Part shown: positions 12,446 to 23,375 of the stretch, one piece after another | Position numbering within the stretch: position 1 is the first letter of the stretch | Layout: each line of letters starts with the position of its first letter | From: Chiloscyllium plagiosum | Lineage: Eukaryota | NCBI RefSeq assembly: GCF_004010195.1 | Contig: NC_057748.1 | Span: 15,679,190-15,743,189, forward strand | Direction of reading: 5' to 3' | Length of the DNA: 64,000 nucleotides | The notes under the pieces: generated by a model | What the model was told of the DNA's origin: nothing | Database searches by the model: none | Seen by the model: the letters and a program-made list of their open reading frames with translations, nothing else | Made by a program: the position numbers and the translations under genes

Positions 12446-13327
12446 AACTAAGATTCTGCATTCCAAGTGGATCAACTGACCACATAGCATCATGCAGGCT
12501 TCCCTTATTGTGTGGTATACTATTGACTGTGCACACTTTGCTTTGTGGATATCAAAGGTCCACTTTGAGATGTACCACAACTGAATTTTCATTCCTTCAA
12601 AGTCAGGTCACTATGTGACGTTTTGAATTCCTCTGCAGCCAAACTCGAGTGCAACCTCACCTTCTGGCAAGTTCTCCCTGTCCCACTGGCAAGCCATGAT
12701 GCCTCACTACACATGGCTCCTGCCTCTAAGCCTCCAGCAACTGAGTCGATGCTGAGAATGTCCGGATTATCGATAGTATGCCTCTTCAGCATAATCCTCC
12801 TGCTCCTCACTGCCTGTCCAAGTTAGAGTAGCTGAAAGCAAAAATGACATAATGGAATAGTTGTGGTGAGCAGCCTACAGTCAAAGGTGGTACATAGTTT
12901 CTTATCCACTTGTGGGGTGTGGGCGTCGCTGGCTGGACCAGCATTAATTGCCAATCCCTATCTGCCCTTGAGAAGGTGGGGATGAGCTGCCTTCTTGAAT
13001 TACCACAATCCATGCTCTATAGATAGACCCACAATGCCGTTAGGGAAGGAATTCTCGGATTTTGATCCAATTACATTGAAGGAACAATGATCAATTTCCA
13101 AGCCATGATGATGAATGGTTTGGAAAGAAATTTGCAGATGGTAGTGTTTCCAAGTATCTGCTGACCTGGACCTTCTGGATGGAAGTGCTTGTTGGTTTGG
13201 AAGGTACTGCCTCAGGGTCTTTTGTGAATTTCAGCAATGTGTCTTGTAGATGGTACCTGTTGCTGCTTTTGAATGTCAGTAAATGTTTGTGGAAGTGGCG
13301 CCAATGAGGCAAATTGCTTTGATGTGA

Positions 13328-14030
13328 TCAAAGTCTGTGAGAAGATTTGTAGCTTGGGTGCTCGTTGTTGTGGTTCTGTTCGCCGAGCTGGGAATTTGTG
13401 TTGCAGACGTTTCGTCCCCTGTCCGGGTGACATCCTCAGTGCTTGGGAGCCTCCTGTGAAGTGCTTCTGTGATCNNNNNNNNNNNNNNNNNNNNNNNNNN
13501 NNNNNNNNNNNNNNNNNNNNNNNNNNNNNNNNNNNNNNNNNNNNNNNNNNNNNNNNNNNNNNNNNNNNNNNNNNNNNNNNNNNNNNNNNNNNNNNNNNNN
13601 NNNNNNNNNNNNNNNNNNNNNNNNNNNNNNNNNNNNNNNNNNNNNNNNNNNNNNNNNNNNNNNNNNNNNNNNNNNNNNNNNNNNNNNNNNNNNNNNNNNN
13701 NNNNNNNNNNNNNNNNNNNNNNNNNNNNNNNNNNNNNNNNNNNNNNNNNNNNNNNNNNNNNNNNNNNNNNNNNNNNNNNNNNNNNNNNNNNNNNNNNNNN
13801 NNNNNNNNNNNNNGTATATTGGATCCAGGTCGATGTGCTTATGGATTGAATCTGTCCTGGACCTAGACCCTATATACCGACCACTGCAGCGGACAGCTGG
13901 AACTGACAACCGAAGCGGCAGATTCAAACCACTACAACTGCTGGAGGAAAGATCACAGAAGCGCTTCACAGGAGGCTCCCAAGCACTGAGGATGTCACCT
14001 AGACAGGGGACGAAACGTCTGCAACACAAA
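13328..14030. mobile_element. Penelope-like element (family 2), inverted arms, gap 13475-13813
   Basis: Arms 13394-13474 and 13951-14031 are near-perfect reverse complements; DSIHKHIDLDPIYRPL GIY-YIG C-terminus; 13-bp direct repeat tgctttgatgtga (13315-13327, 14031-14043). Confidence 0.85.
13983..14022 (+). ncRNA. Minimal type-I hammerhead ribozyme motif (PLE family 2)
   Basis: GCA-CTGAGGA-T-GTCACC-TAGACA-GGGGAC-GAAA-CG-TC-TGC: stem I GCA/TGC, stem II, GUC triplet; mirror copy on minus at ~13403-13442. Confidence 0.78.
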
Positions 14031-15699
14031 TGCTTTGATGTGAATTGTGCCAAAGTTCTTGAGTTGCACTCACTCAGGAAAGTATTCCATCGCACTCCTG
14101 ACTTTGTACCTTGTAGATGGTGAACTGGATTTGGGGAGTCAGGAGGTGAGTTACTTGCTGTAATATTCCTAGCCTCTGATCTCCTTTTGTAGCCATTGTA
14201 TTTATATGGCTAGTCCAGTTCAGTTTCTGGTCAATGGTGACCTGGCAAATATGATTGATGATGGATTAAGAGGCAAGCCAGTTAGGTTGGAATCAATGTC
14301 AAAAAGTATGTGTCACATTTTAACTTGTTGCAAGGGTTAGTGCAGACAGTAGAGCCAATTCTTTCTAGGCTTGAAGAGTTTGGAACAGAGGGTTGTTACT
14401 CCTGGGTGCTCTCCAGTGTGGCCCTTACTGGAACTGATTGTGTGGATTTTGATTGAAGACTGGAATCATTTAGTGAATAAGACCCCAGCAATCAAATAAT
14501 CAGCTGGCAACTCATTAGGGAAGGCTCAGACATGAAAATGACCACTTGAATGATGAACTGCAACAGATCGCTCAGTATTCATGGAACCAGAAAAAAACTG
14601 AAAGAGCGAGGACGGAAATGTAAACATGACTGAGGAAGAAAATAAAACAAACTATTGGTGTGAAACTGCTTTTCCTTCTCAAATACTGTCCACAGTGCTG
14701 AGGTTTAATTTAAAGTGAATAACCTGTAATGAATATAACAGAAAGATTAAAAGGAATATAACAGAAAGATTGGTGACAATAAAAGCCCAACAGAATGGTG
14801 GGCCGTCTTGTGCCACAGTGAGTAATGGCCCTGCCTCTGAGATGAACGCTCTGGGTTCAAGTCCCACACTAGGACTTGATAGTTAAGGAAGGTGTGTATG
14901 TAATATGGCCAAACAGGTTGAATCTTAATCTATAAATCCTTCCAAGACACCTTGGGTAAGCACTAAGAACTGGAGAGGCCCCTGGCCAATGACTGTAGAT
15001 ACTCAAACTTGAGCTTCCTTCTGACTTCTGACTAGGAATTTGTTCTAGGAAGAAAGAAGCGATGGAAAATAGATCTTGAGCAAATGCTTTGTCTGCCTCT
15101 TACACCTTACAATGTGGCAAGTTGTCCAAGTCTTTATGCTGCCATTGAACTGGAGGGTGGTCCTGAAGGCATAAAAGCATTCTCCCAATAATTCACTCTG
15201 TTTAGATCAATCAGACTAATGACAAAAAGAAAGAATAACGAGAGCATAGTCTCAGGGCTTTCATGGCAATGTCATTAGACTGTAACCTGCTTAATCTCTG
15301 GGAACATGGATTTCAGCTACAGCAGCATGGATTTAAACTTAAAATAATTTCCAGTTTTTAGTTCTTTTAAACCCTGAATCATGGTCCTGAACCTGACATT
15401 TGGCTTTGATTTTCCCTCAAGCAGATTTTATGGAGCAGTGGGTAATGTCCCACTCTCTAACCGAGAAGCTACAGGTTGAAATGCCACTCCAGGACTTGAT
15501 GGCTGAGGGAAGTACATTTAGTAACATTGTATATCTTTCCAATTCAGTCTGTGCCAGCCAGTAAGATCAGGTAGACACCTGTTTAGCTTTGCTTGATTTG
15601 GAGTGGTGCCCCTCGGGTGACAGGTTAGTGACCTGCTTTAAGGATAAATAAACAACGAAAACAGACATACCCACATGCTTTATCTGGCTCCTGTATCAA

Positions 15700-15920
15700 C
15701 ACAAAAGTCTAGAAATTTCTGGAAAAGCTCAGCAGGTCTGACAGCGTCTGTGGAGATAAATCAGAGTTAACTTTTCGGATCAAGTGACCCTTCCTCAGAA
15801 CCCCTCCTCACTCGCTCTGAAATGTTAACTCTGATTTCTCTCCACAGATGCTGTCAGACCTGCTGAGCTTTCCAGCAATTTCTGTTTTCACAGCATCCAC
15901 AGTTCTTTCGATTTTTATTA
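15700..15920. mobile_element. PLE mini-element (family 4), hairpin with minus-strand hammerhead
   Basis: Inverted arms ~15711-15775 and ~15818-15885; reverse complement CTGAGGAAGGGTCACTTGATCCGAAA. Confidence 0.7.
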
Positions 15921-16879
15921 AGCCTGTAAGTCTAAGTTGGAATAGTCACAAATTTATAAAAATAAAGGAGAATGTTCGATTGGCCTCTCAAGTGCATAAT
16001 GAAATTGATGAAGATGCATAATGAAACTGACAAAGGTAACTTCATCAATTGACAGGGAGTGGAACAAGACCAGACTCTGTCTCAGGAATGTCAGGGCCAA
16101 AGAAATTCACTTGTGGTAACTGTGGTACCCTGCAAAGAGAAAGAGGAAATAATAATTGGAGTACTAAAGCCAAAAGGTGTAACATATAGTCACATGAAGG
16201 TGGTAAATTGCTGCACCAGGAATGGATACAGTGAGTGAACCATCCCAAAACTCAAATGTGTCAAAATGGATTCCTATAGCACTGTGTCAACTACCAAGGA
16301 GTCTGAAGTAACTGCACAGAGGCTGGTATCTGGACACCAAGTCACCTGTTACTTACACATACACAGTACACTGGCTGTGATCAGCCAGCTCAGAGTCAAT
16401 CCTTGAAAGCAGGAGACTCTCTGAATCTCCCATTTATATCTGTCAGCCAGGGCTCCCTGATTGGCCGAGGTTATCATACCCTAATCATGGGTCTCATAGT
16501 CAATGAGTTCCATCTGGTTCCAATCGCTACAGCACCCATACCATAAATAAATACATCTATGGTTTAGAAAGTATACAAAAAATAAAAGAAGGACTTCTGA
16601 GAGATTGTATTTTGGTTAGAGAAGAGACAGATGTAGGTAATGTTGAATTCTGTAAGTACACCTACTGTTAAGCAAAAGATGAAGGTCTATTTCCTATGGC
16701 ACCATCTGGCTGTTATAACTTTGACACCAATACCTATTTAGCACCAAGACCCTTATTTCTCTTTTCGTTCTTTCAATCTCCCAATCTTCATTCTTTCCAC
16801 GGTTGTTCCAGGAAAGAAAGTCTCCCCATTCATTGAGAATGTCAAAGCCAAAACCCCAAATGCAAGAGGGTTGTCCTTT

Positions 16880-18830
16880 ACCTACTGTGACATTAGTTAC
16901 CAATGTGCTGGAAACCCCATCAACACCTCTACATTTGCTGCCTGGAATGCAAAGATAACCCCCAGATTCATTCTGTACTGCAAACTGCCTTCTTAAACTT
17001 GTCTTGCTAGGTTTCCCCATCCTGACTTACAACAAAAGTGAGGAGTTCATCAGCTTCTTTGTCACTACAATTGTGATGATGTAATTGGTTGTCTTTGATG
17101 TATCGCTGCCTTCCAGAAGCCTATCAGACAAATATCCTCCTTGTTTTCACACTTGTCCGAGCCCTGTACTTTCTCATTTCTCTCCCATCTCGCCTCATGT
17201 CCTCTCAAAATGGATCGCATCTGTGAGAACACATCCTTTTCTGTCAACCCCATTTCCTCTTAACTGTTGACCTACAACTTCCCTTTGGTCCCCCTGTTAG
17301 CCAATATTGTTAATGGCTCTCCTTTGGTACTATGCCCGCTCTCCTTCAAGTCTTATCATGACGCCTTTCCAAATTCTTGACCCTACCATCCTTACCACTC
17401 CAACTCCCGCCTCCCTTTCCATTGAAATCCTTTAATGTAATATTGTCTTTCAAATCCACATCACTGAATTACAGAGTCACACAGCATAAAAATAGACCCT
17501 TTGGTCCAACTCGTCTGTGCCGACCAGGCATCCTAAATTGAACTAGTCCCTTTTGCCATATTTGGCCATATCCCTCTAAACCGTTTCTACTCCTGCAACT
17601 GTCCAAATGTTTTTAACTTTCCTCTCGGTCATTCTTATATAACATACATTTTGTTCATACAAATGCGCTGTAACATCATTGATGAATTGGGGACACTGTT
17701 TCTAAAGTGTGAGCTTTTAAAGCGTGCATAGATTATAGTGCGATTCCAGCCCTATTAGTTGAAATGGTGCTGCTATTGTGCAATTTCCTTATAATGCAGA
17801 ATTGTACAAGAGCAGAATTACTTGCATTATAGCAGAACTGACTGTAAGTGTACCTGCCCCTACTGCTTTCTTTGGTAGTTCATTCCATATACGCTGTGTA
17901 AAAAAGTTCTGTCCTTTAATGCTTCTCCTAATTTTGTCCACCATGTGGATCTCCAGAGTCCATGCATAGGCAGCAACTTCTGTGTGACTCTGCAAAAGTT
18001 AACAAATTTGTATTCTGGTTGGTGTCCCTCTTTCCCATAAGTTCATGTTTGTGTCTTTGCAATTACAGCTATTAACTACCAAAATAGCTTTTATCAAAGT
18101 CACAAATGGCATGTGCAATGGTAAACTAATCCCTTCTCAACTTGCCTGCAGCTTTGACAAGGCTGACTGCACTATCCTTTTCAAACAGCTCCCTACCAAT
18201 GTCCAGCTGGGTGACTTCACATGCTTAATGGCATTCTTGTAGACACGGTCATACTTAACTCTTGACTCTATCCCTAACCTCTCACCTACACATTAACCTT
18301 GGCAACATCATTCAAAATTGCAGGACTATTTTGCACATGTACATTTGTGACACCCAGCTCTGGCCAATAAGAACCTCTTTGCACCCCTCTGCTGTTTCTG
18401 AACTGTCACATGTCTTGACTGACATGCTGTACTGGATGAACAGAAATCCCCTGTAATGGTGCCAATGCATTGACTTCCACATCCAGGTAGTGAGAACATC
18501 ACATACCATTCTCTTCAGACTCTGCCACAAACTCTACCTGCCTACTCTATCTCTCTGACAACAGTCTGAATTAAGCCTTTCTGTTCACAACCTTGGTGTC
18601 ATATCTGACCCCGAGATAAACTTCCAACCACGTAGCCATGTCGTCAATAAGATTGCCCATTTTCACCTCCACAACACCACCTGATTCTAACTCATCTGCT
18701 ACTGAGCTTTCTTATTTGCTGTTATTATCTCTGGGCTTGACTATTCCAATGCAGCACTGACCAATCTACCTCTGTGACCCTATGGAAGTTTGTAGTTATC
18801 CATAACTCTGCTTGCAAATCCTTTTCACCA
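16880..18830 (+). mobile_element. L2-type LINE fragments (RT region) with nested CR1 pieces
   Basis: LGNIIQ...HMYICDTQLW is a decayed L2 H.YADDTQLY; gctttgacaaggctgac resembles the AFD motif. Confidence 0.6.
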
Positions 18831-18877
18831 ACTGAGCCTGAGGTCAGTGACCTCATTGACTTGTGGTGGAGCAACTA

Positions 18878-19212
18878 TGATGACATGTGGCTCAGTGGTT
18901 AGTACTGCTGCCTTACACTACCAGGGAGCCAGGTTCGATTCTACCCTTGGGGTGACTGGATGTGTGGAGTTTGCTCAATCTCCCTGTGCCTGCATGCTCT
19001 TGTTTCCTCCCACAGTCGAAAGATGTTCAGGTTAGGTGGATTAGCAGTGCTAAACTTCCCCATAGTGTCCAGGGATGTGCAGGTTACTTGGTTAGCCATG
19101 AGAAATATAGGGATAGAGTAGAGGGACTGGGTCTGATTGGGATACTCTTAAGAGGGTTGGTGTGGACTCAATGGGCTGAATGGCCTACTTATGCATAGAA
19201 GGGATTCTATAA
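18878..19212 (+). mobile_element. HE1-type SINE
   Basis: tggctcagtggttagt A box, ggttcgattc B box, gggattctat tail. Confidence 0.85.
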
Positions 19213-20298
19213 ACTACTTGATTTTAAAGATTGTATCCTTGCTTTCAAATCCCATCTTTTCATGGGGTTAAAAGACTGGACTAACAGGTTCATGCACATT
19301 TAGATGGGTGATGTGATGGGCAGAAGAGAGGAACTGTTGGACGTACATGAGGTTGGCAGATCAAGTAGCTGGCATCCAAAGATATTCAGCTACACCATTC
19401 ACATATTGCTTCCAAAGACTCCCCATAACAGCAGGAGTGCCTGATTTTAAAGGATAGCTTTGGCTGAGATCAAATCCGAGCTGTTATTCCTGGATCCAGT
19501 GCATAAGTGTCTGTAATATTAATACACCATATACAAAGTCTTAATAGTTGGGAAGAATAGGTTCAGTTAGTAATAGAACAAAACATTGACTTTGCAGACA
19601 AAATAACAGAACCAATCCCCAGAATAATTGAACCTCTTAGTGGGTTTTGAGAAGCTTTGTAGTTCAGGTTGAGGTTCTGAATGTAGGTTTGCTCACTGAG
19701 CTGGAAGCTTCATTTTGAGATGTTTTGTCACCATACTAGGTAACATCTTCAGTGAGCCTCCAGATGAAGCACTGGTGGTGTAGCCCACTTTCTATTTTTA
19801 TGTTTGGGTTTCCTTGGGTTGGTGACATCATTTCCTGTGGAGACATCATTTCCTGTTCTTTTTCTCAGGGTGTGGTAAATGGAATCCAAGTCAATGTGTT
19901 TGTTGATAGAGTTCTGGTTGGAATGCCATGCTTCTAGGAATTCTTGTGTGTGTCTCTGTTTGGTTTGTCCTAGGATGGATGTGTTGTCCCAGTCAAAGTG
20001 TTGTCCTTCCTCATCCATATGTAAGGATACTAGTGAGAGTGGGTCATGTCTTTTTGTGGCTAGTTGATGTTCATGTATCCTGGAGACACACATGAGAATT
20101 CCTAGAAGCACGGCATTCCAACTGGAACTCTATCAACAAACACATTGGCTTGGATCCCATTTACCACCCCCTGAGAAAAAGAACAGGAAATGATGTCACC
20201 ATAGGAAATGACATCACTAACCCAAGAAAAACCAAACATATAAATAGAAAGTGGGCAACACCACCAGTGCTTCATCCGGAGACTCACTGAAGATGTTA

Positions 20299-20394
20299 AG
20301 GGTAGAGTAGTGCTGGAAAGGCACAGCAGATAATGCAGCATCCGAGGAGCAGGAAAATCGACGTTTCGGGCAAAAGCCCTTCATCAGGAAGGCA
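20299..20394 (-). mobile_element. PLE family-1 mini-element inserted in the family-3 hammerhead
   Basis: Intact reverse-complement CTGATGAAGGGCTTTTGCCCGAAACGTC; 15-bp TSD tcactgaagatgtta (20284-20298, 20395-20409). Confidence 0.85.
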
Positions 20395-20434
20395 TCACTG
20401 AAGATGTTACCTCGTACGGTGATGAAATATCTGA
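20395..20434 (+). ncRNA. Minimal type-I hammerhead ribozyme motif (PLE family 3)
   Basis: TCA-CTGAAGA-T-GTTACC-TCGTAC-GGTGAT-GAAA-TA-TC-TGA: stem I TCA/TGA, palindromic ATAT stem III. Confidence 0.65.
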
Positions 20435-21646
20435 AAATGAACCTTCCAGTTGAGTAAGCAAACCTATATCCAGAATTGAACCTCTACATAACAAAAATGT
20501 GAATATAGTGCCTTTAATGTAGTAAAGCATCCCAAATTGCTCACTTGAATGTTGTAAGATAGAATTTGACACAAACTAATATTAGAGATATTAAGGCAGA
20601 ATAGCGAACAGATTAGTCAAAAAGACAGTTGTAAGGGACACCTTAGAGAAGAAAAATGAGGTAGAGAGGTTTAGGGAGAGAATTCCAGGGCCTTGGCTGC
20701 TCAAACCGGGGCCACCATTGGAGTAACTGAAATCTGCGATGCTCAAGAGATAATTTGGAGGATTATTGACTGAAGGAAATTACGGGGGGGTGGCGCTGTG
20801 AGAACTTGAATGGTCTTAATGCAGCATATATTGGTGTATTTCTAGATAGATACAAAGTAGGTGCTGATTTTTTACTAAAGTCCATCAGTGTCATTGAGTT
20901 AATAATGACAAAGAAACAGCCCCAGGTTTCTGATCTTCATCCAGCAGAACTGCCTGTATGGAGTCAAATGTCATCCCACCTTCAATGCCTTGGAGATAGA
21001 TTAACATTCTGGTGCTTGGGAATGGGGTTGAGCAAGGAACAGGCTTGGGGAGTTGGGGGGATTGGGGAGGGAAGTAATTTTGAATAGCAATGGTTCAAGT
21101 GTGAAGCATTGTCAATCTTTTACACATGATTGCAATATTGTCGCACTAAAACCTGACACACTCTCACCACTAATAAATTTCTAATCTTAGAGTACAACTC
21201 TAAATTTATTCTCTGGTGAGAATGACCCGATTCCTTGCCAAAGGGGATATTCAAAAACCATTTGGATTTTTGCTACAATTCCACAGTTCTGTGGTCACTT
21301 TTTCTGAAACCATCTGTTTTTTTTCTGCTTTTTTTTAAACTAAATTCAAATCCTCAAACTGCCATTGGAGATTTAATCTCTGGATTATTAGTTCATGCCT
21401 CTTGATTACGAGCCTAAGCCTTATTTAGAAATAGATGGAAAATTGTTGGTGAACAGCAGTCAAGCTAATAGTATGTGGTGGGCCATTTGTTTGGACTACC
21501 ATACTCCCAGCACCACTGGAGAAATGGCAATCATTTGTCCAACATGGGATAGCACTGAATTGAATGTTTGTCACTAAGAAGATGGGTTTGCCTTTACCAT
21601 TTATATCTCGAGAAACAAATATTAAAAAGCATTGAATTCAATCAGT

Positions 21647-21966
21647 TTAGATTAGATTACATTACATTAGATTAGATTACATTACAGTGTGGAAACAGGC
21701 CCTTAGGCCCAACAAGTCCACACCGCCCCGCCGAAGTGCAACCCACCCATACCCCTACATTTACCCCTTACCTAACACTACGGGCAATTTAGCATGGCCA
21801 ATTCACCTTACCTGCACATTTTTGGACTGTGGGAGGAAACCGGAGCACCCGGAGGAAACCCACGCAGACACGGGGAGAACGTGCAAACTCCACACAGTCA
21901 GTCGCCTGAGGCGGGAATTGAACCCGGATCTCTGGTGCTGTGAGGCAGTGTGCCACTGTGCCGCCC
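21647..21966 (-). mobile_element. HE1-type SINE, young-looking (CpG-rich), with (TTAGA/TTACA)n tail
   Basis: Reverse-complement ggcggcacagtggc...gggttcaattccc; pentamer tail 21647-21685. Confidence 0.9.
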
Positions 21967-22169
21967 ATTAGATCATTAGGCACTGCTGCCATTTTCATGT
22001 ACAGTAGTAGCTGGAAATGTTTCTGCTTGTTACAATTTACACCTCCTCTAACCCACCTTTTTTTCTTTACCTTTTAGGATCAATGTTTATAATTTAATCA
22101 CTTATGTCCTCCACCTTATCACAGTTCTATGTTCCCTTCTATTTTTCTGCCTCTATAATTGCTTAAAAA

Positions 22170-23375
22170 TAGATTGATTGATTTATTGTTGTCACATGTA
22201 CCAAGATACAGTGAAAAGTGTTGTTTTGCTTGCTGTACAGGCAGATAGTGCATCAGGGTAGCAGAAAAGAGTGAAAAAAACAGTGTTACAATGCAGAGAA
22301 GGTGCAGAGAGAGAGATCAGAATTAACATTTGAGAGGTCCATTCAGAAGTCGGATGACATAACAGTGGGGAAGAAGCTGTTCTTGAATCTGTTCGTAAGT
22401 GTATTCGAACTTTATATCTTCTGCCTGATAGATGAGGCTGGACGACAGTATAGCCTGGGTGGGTGGCCTTTGACTATGTTGGTTGCTTTCCTGAGGCAGT
22501 GGGAAGTGTAGATGGAGTCAATGGATGGAAGGTTGGTTTGTGTGATGGACTGGGCTGTGTTCACAACTCTCTGTAGTTTCTTATGGTCTTGGGAAGAGCA
22601 GTTGCCAGAAGGATGCTTTCTATGGTGCATTTATGAAAATTAGTAAGCGTCCTTCTGGACATGCCAAATTTCCTTAGCTTCCCGAGAAAGGGGAGACTTT
22701 CTCGGGGGTGGACCAGGACAGATTGTTAGCGATCATCACTCCCAGGAACTTGAAACTTTCAACCATCTCCACCTCAGCACTAGTGATGCAGACAGGGGCT
22801 TGCTTCCACTCCGCTTCCTGAAGTCAAAGCTCGGATCCTTCATTTTGCTGACATTGATGGAGAGATTGTTGTCTATACCATGCTGCTGGGCACTCTATCT
22901 CTTTCCTGTATTCTGTCTCATTGTTTGTGATCTGACCTATGAAGGTGATGTCGCCAACAAACTTATAAATGGAATCGGGGAAGAATTTGGCCACATGATT
23001 GAGTATATAAGGAGTATAGTAGCGGACTGAATAAACAGCCTTGTGGGGCACTGGTGTTGTTGCCTATTCTTAGTGATTGCAGTCTATGGATCAGGAAGTC
23101 AAGGATCCAGTCATAGAGGAGGGAGCTGAGACCTAGGTCTCAGAGTTTAGAGATGAGTTTGTTTGGAATTATGGGGTTGAAGGCAAAACTGTAGTCAATA
23201 AGTCAGAGCCTGTCCTAGGTACCCTTGTTATCCAGATGCTCCAGGGATGACTGTATGGCCAGGGAGATGGCAACTGCTGTGGACCTGTTGTGCTGGCAGA
23301 TGAATTGCAAAGGGTCAAAGCAATTTGATAGGCGGGAGTCAATCTGAGTCATCTCTAACCTCTCGAAGCATTACA
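22170..23375 (-). mobile_element. Rex1/Babar-type LINE 3' part
   Basis: SIYKFVGDITFIGQITNNETEYRKEIE (decayed KFADDT); GNCSSQDHKKLQRVVNTAQSITQTNLPSIDSIYTSHCLRKA. Confidence 0.8.

Larger units (their letters stand above)
12900..14240 (-). mobile_element. LINE 3' fragment split by a Penelope insertion
   Basis: Collinear with 1178-1740 once 13328-14030 is removed. Confidence 0.65.
19645..20490. mobile_element. Penelope-like element (family 3), inverted arms
   Basis: Minus ORF RIHEHQLATKRHDPLSLVSLH...FDWDNTSIL...EFLEAWHS..SINKHIDLD (GIY-YIG C-terminus); plus arm from ~20095 is its reverse complement. Confidence 0.88.

Noticed and set aside
13273-14095. Long ORFs of 126-219 aa (also those overlapping 654-767)
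   Set aside because: They stay open only because they run through N gaps.
16270-16535. Possible solo LTR (TG...CA ends, TATA/CCAAT-like words on minus)
   Set aside because: Single copy, and no TSD, PBS or PPT could be confirmed.
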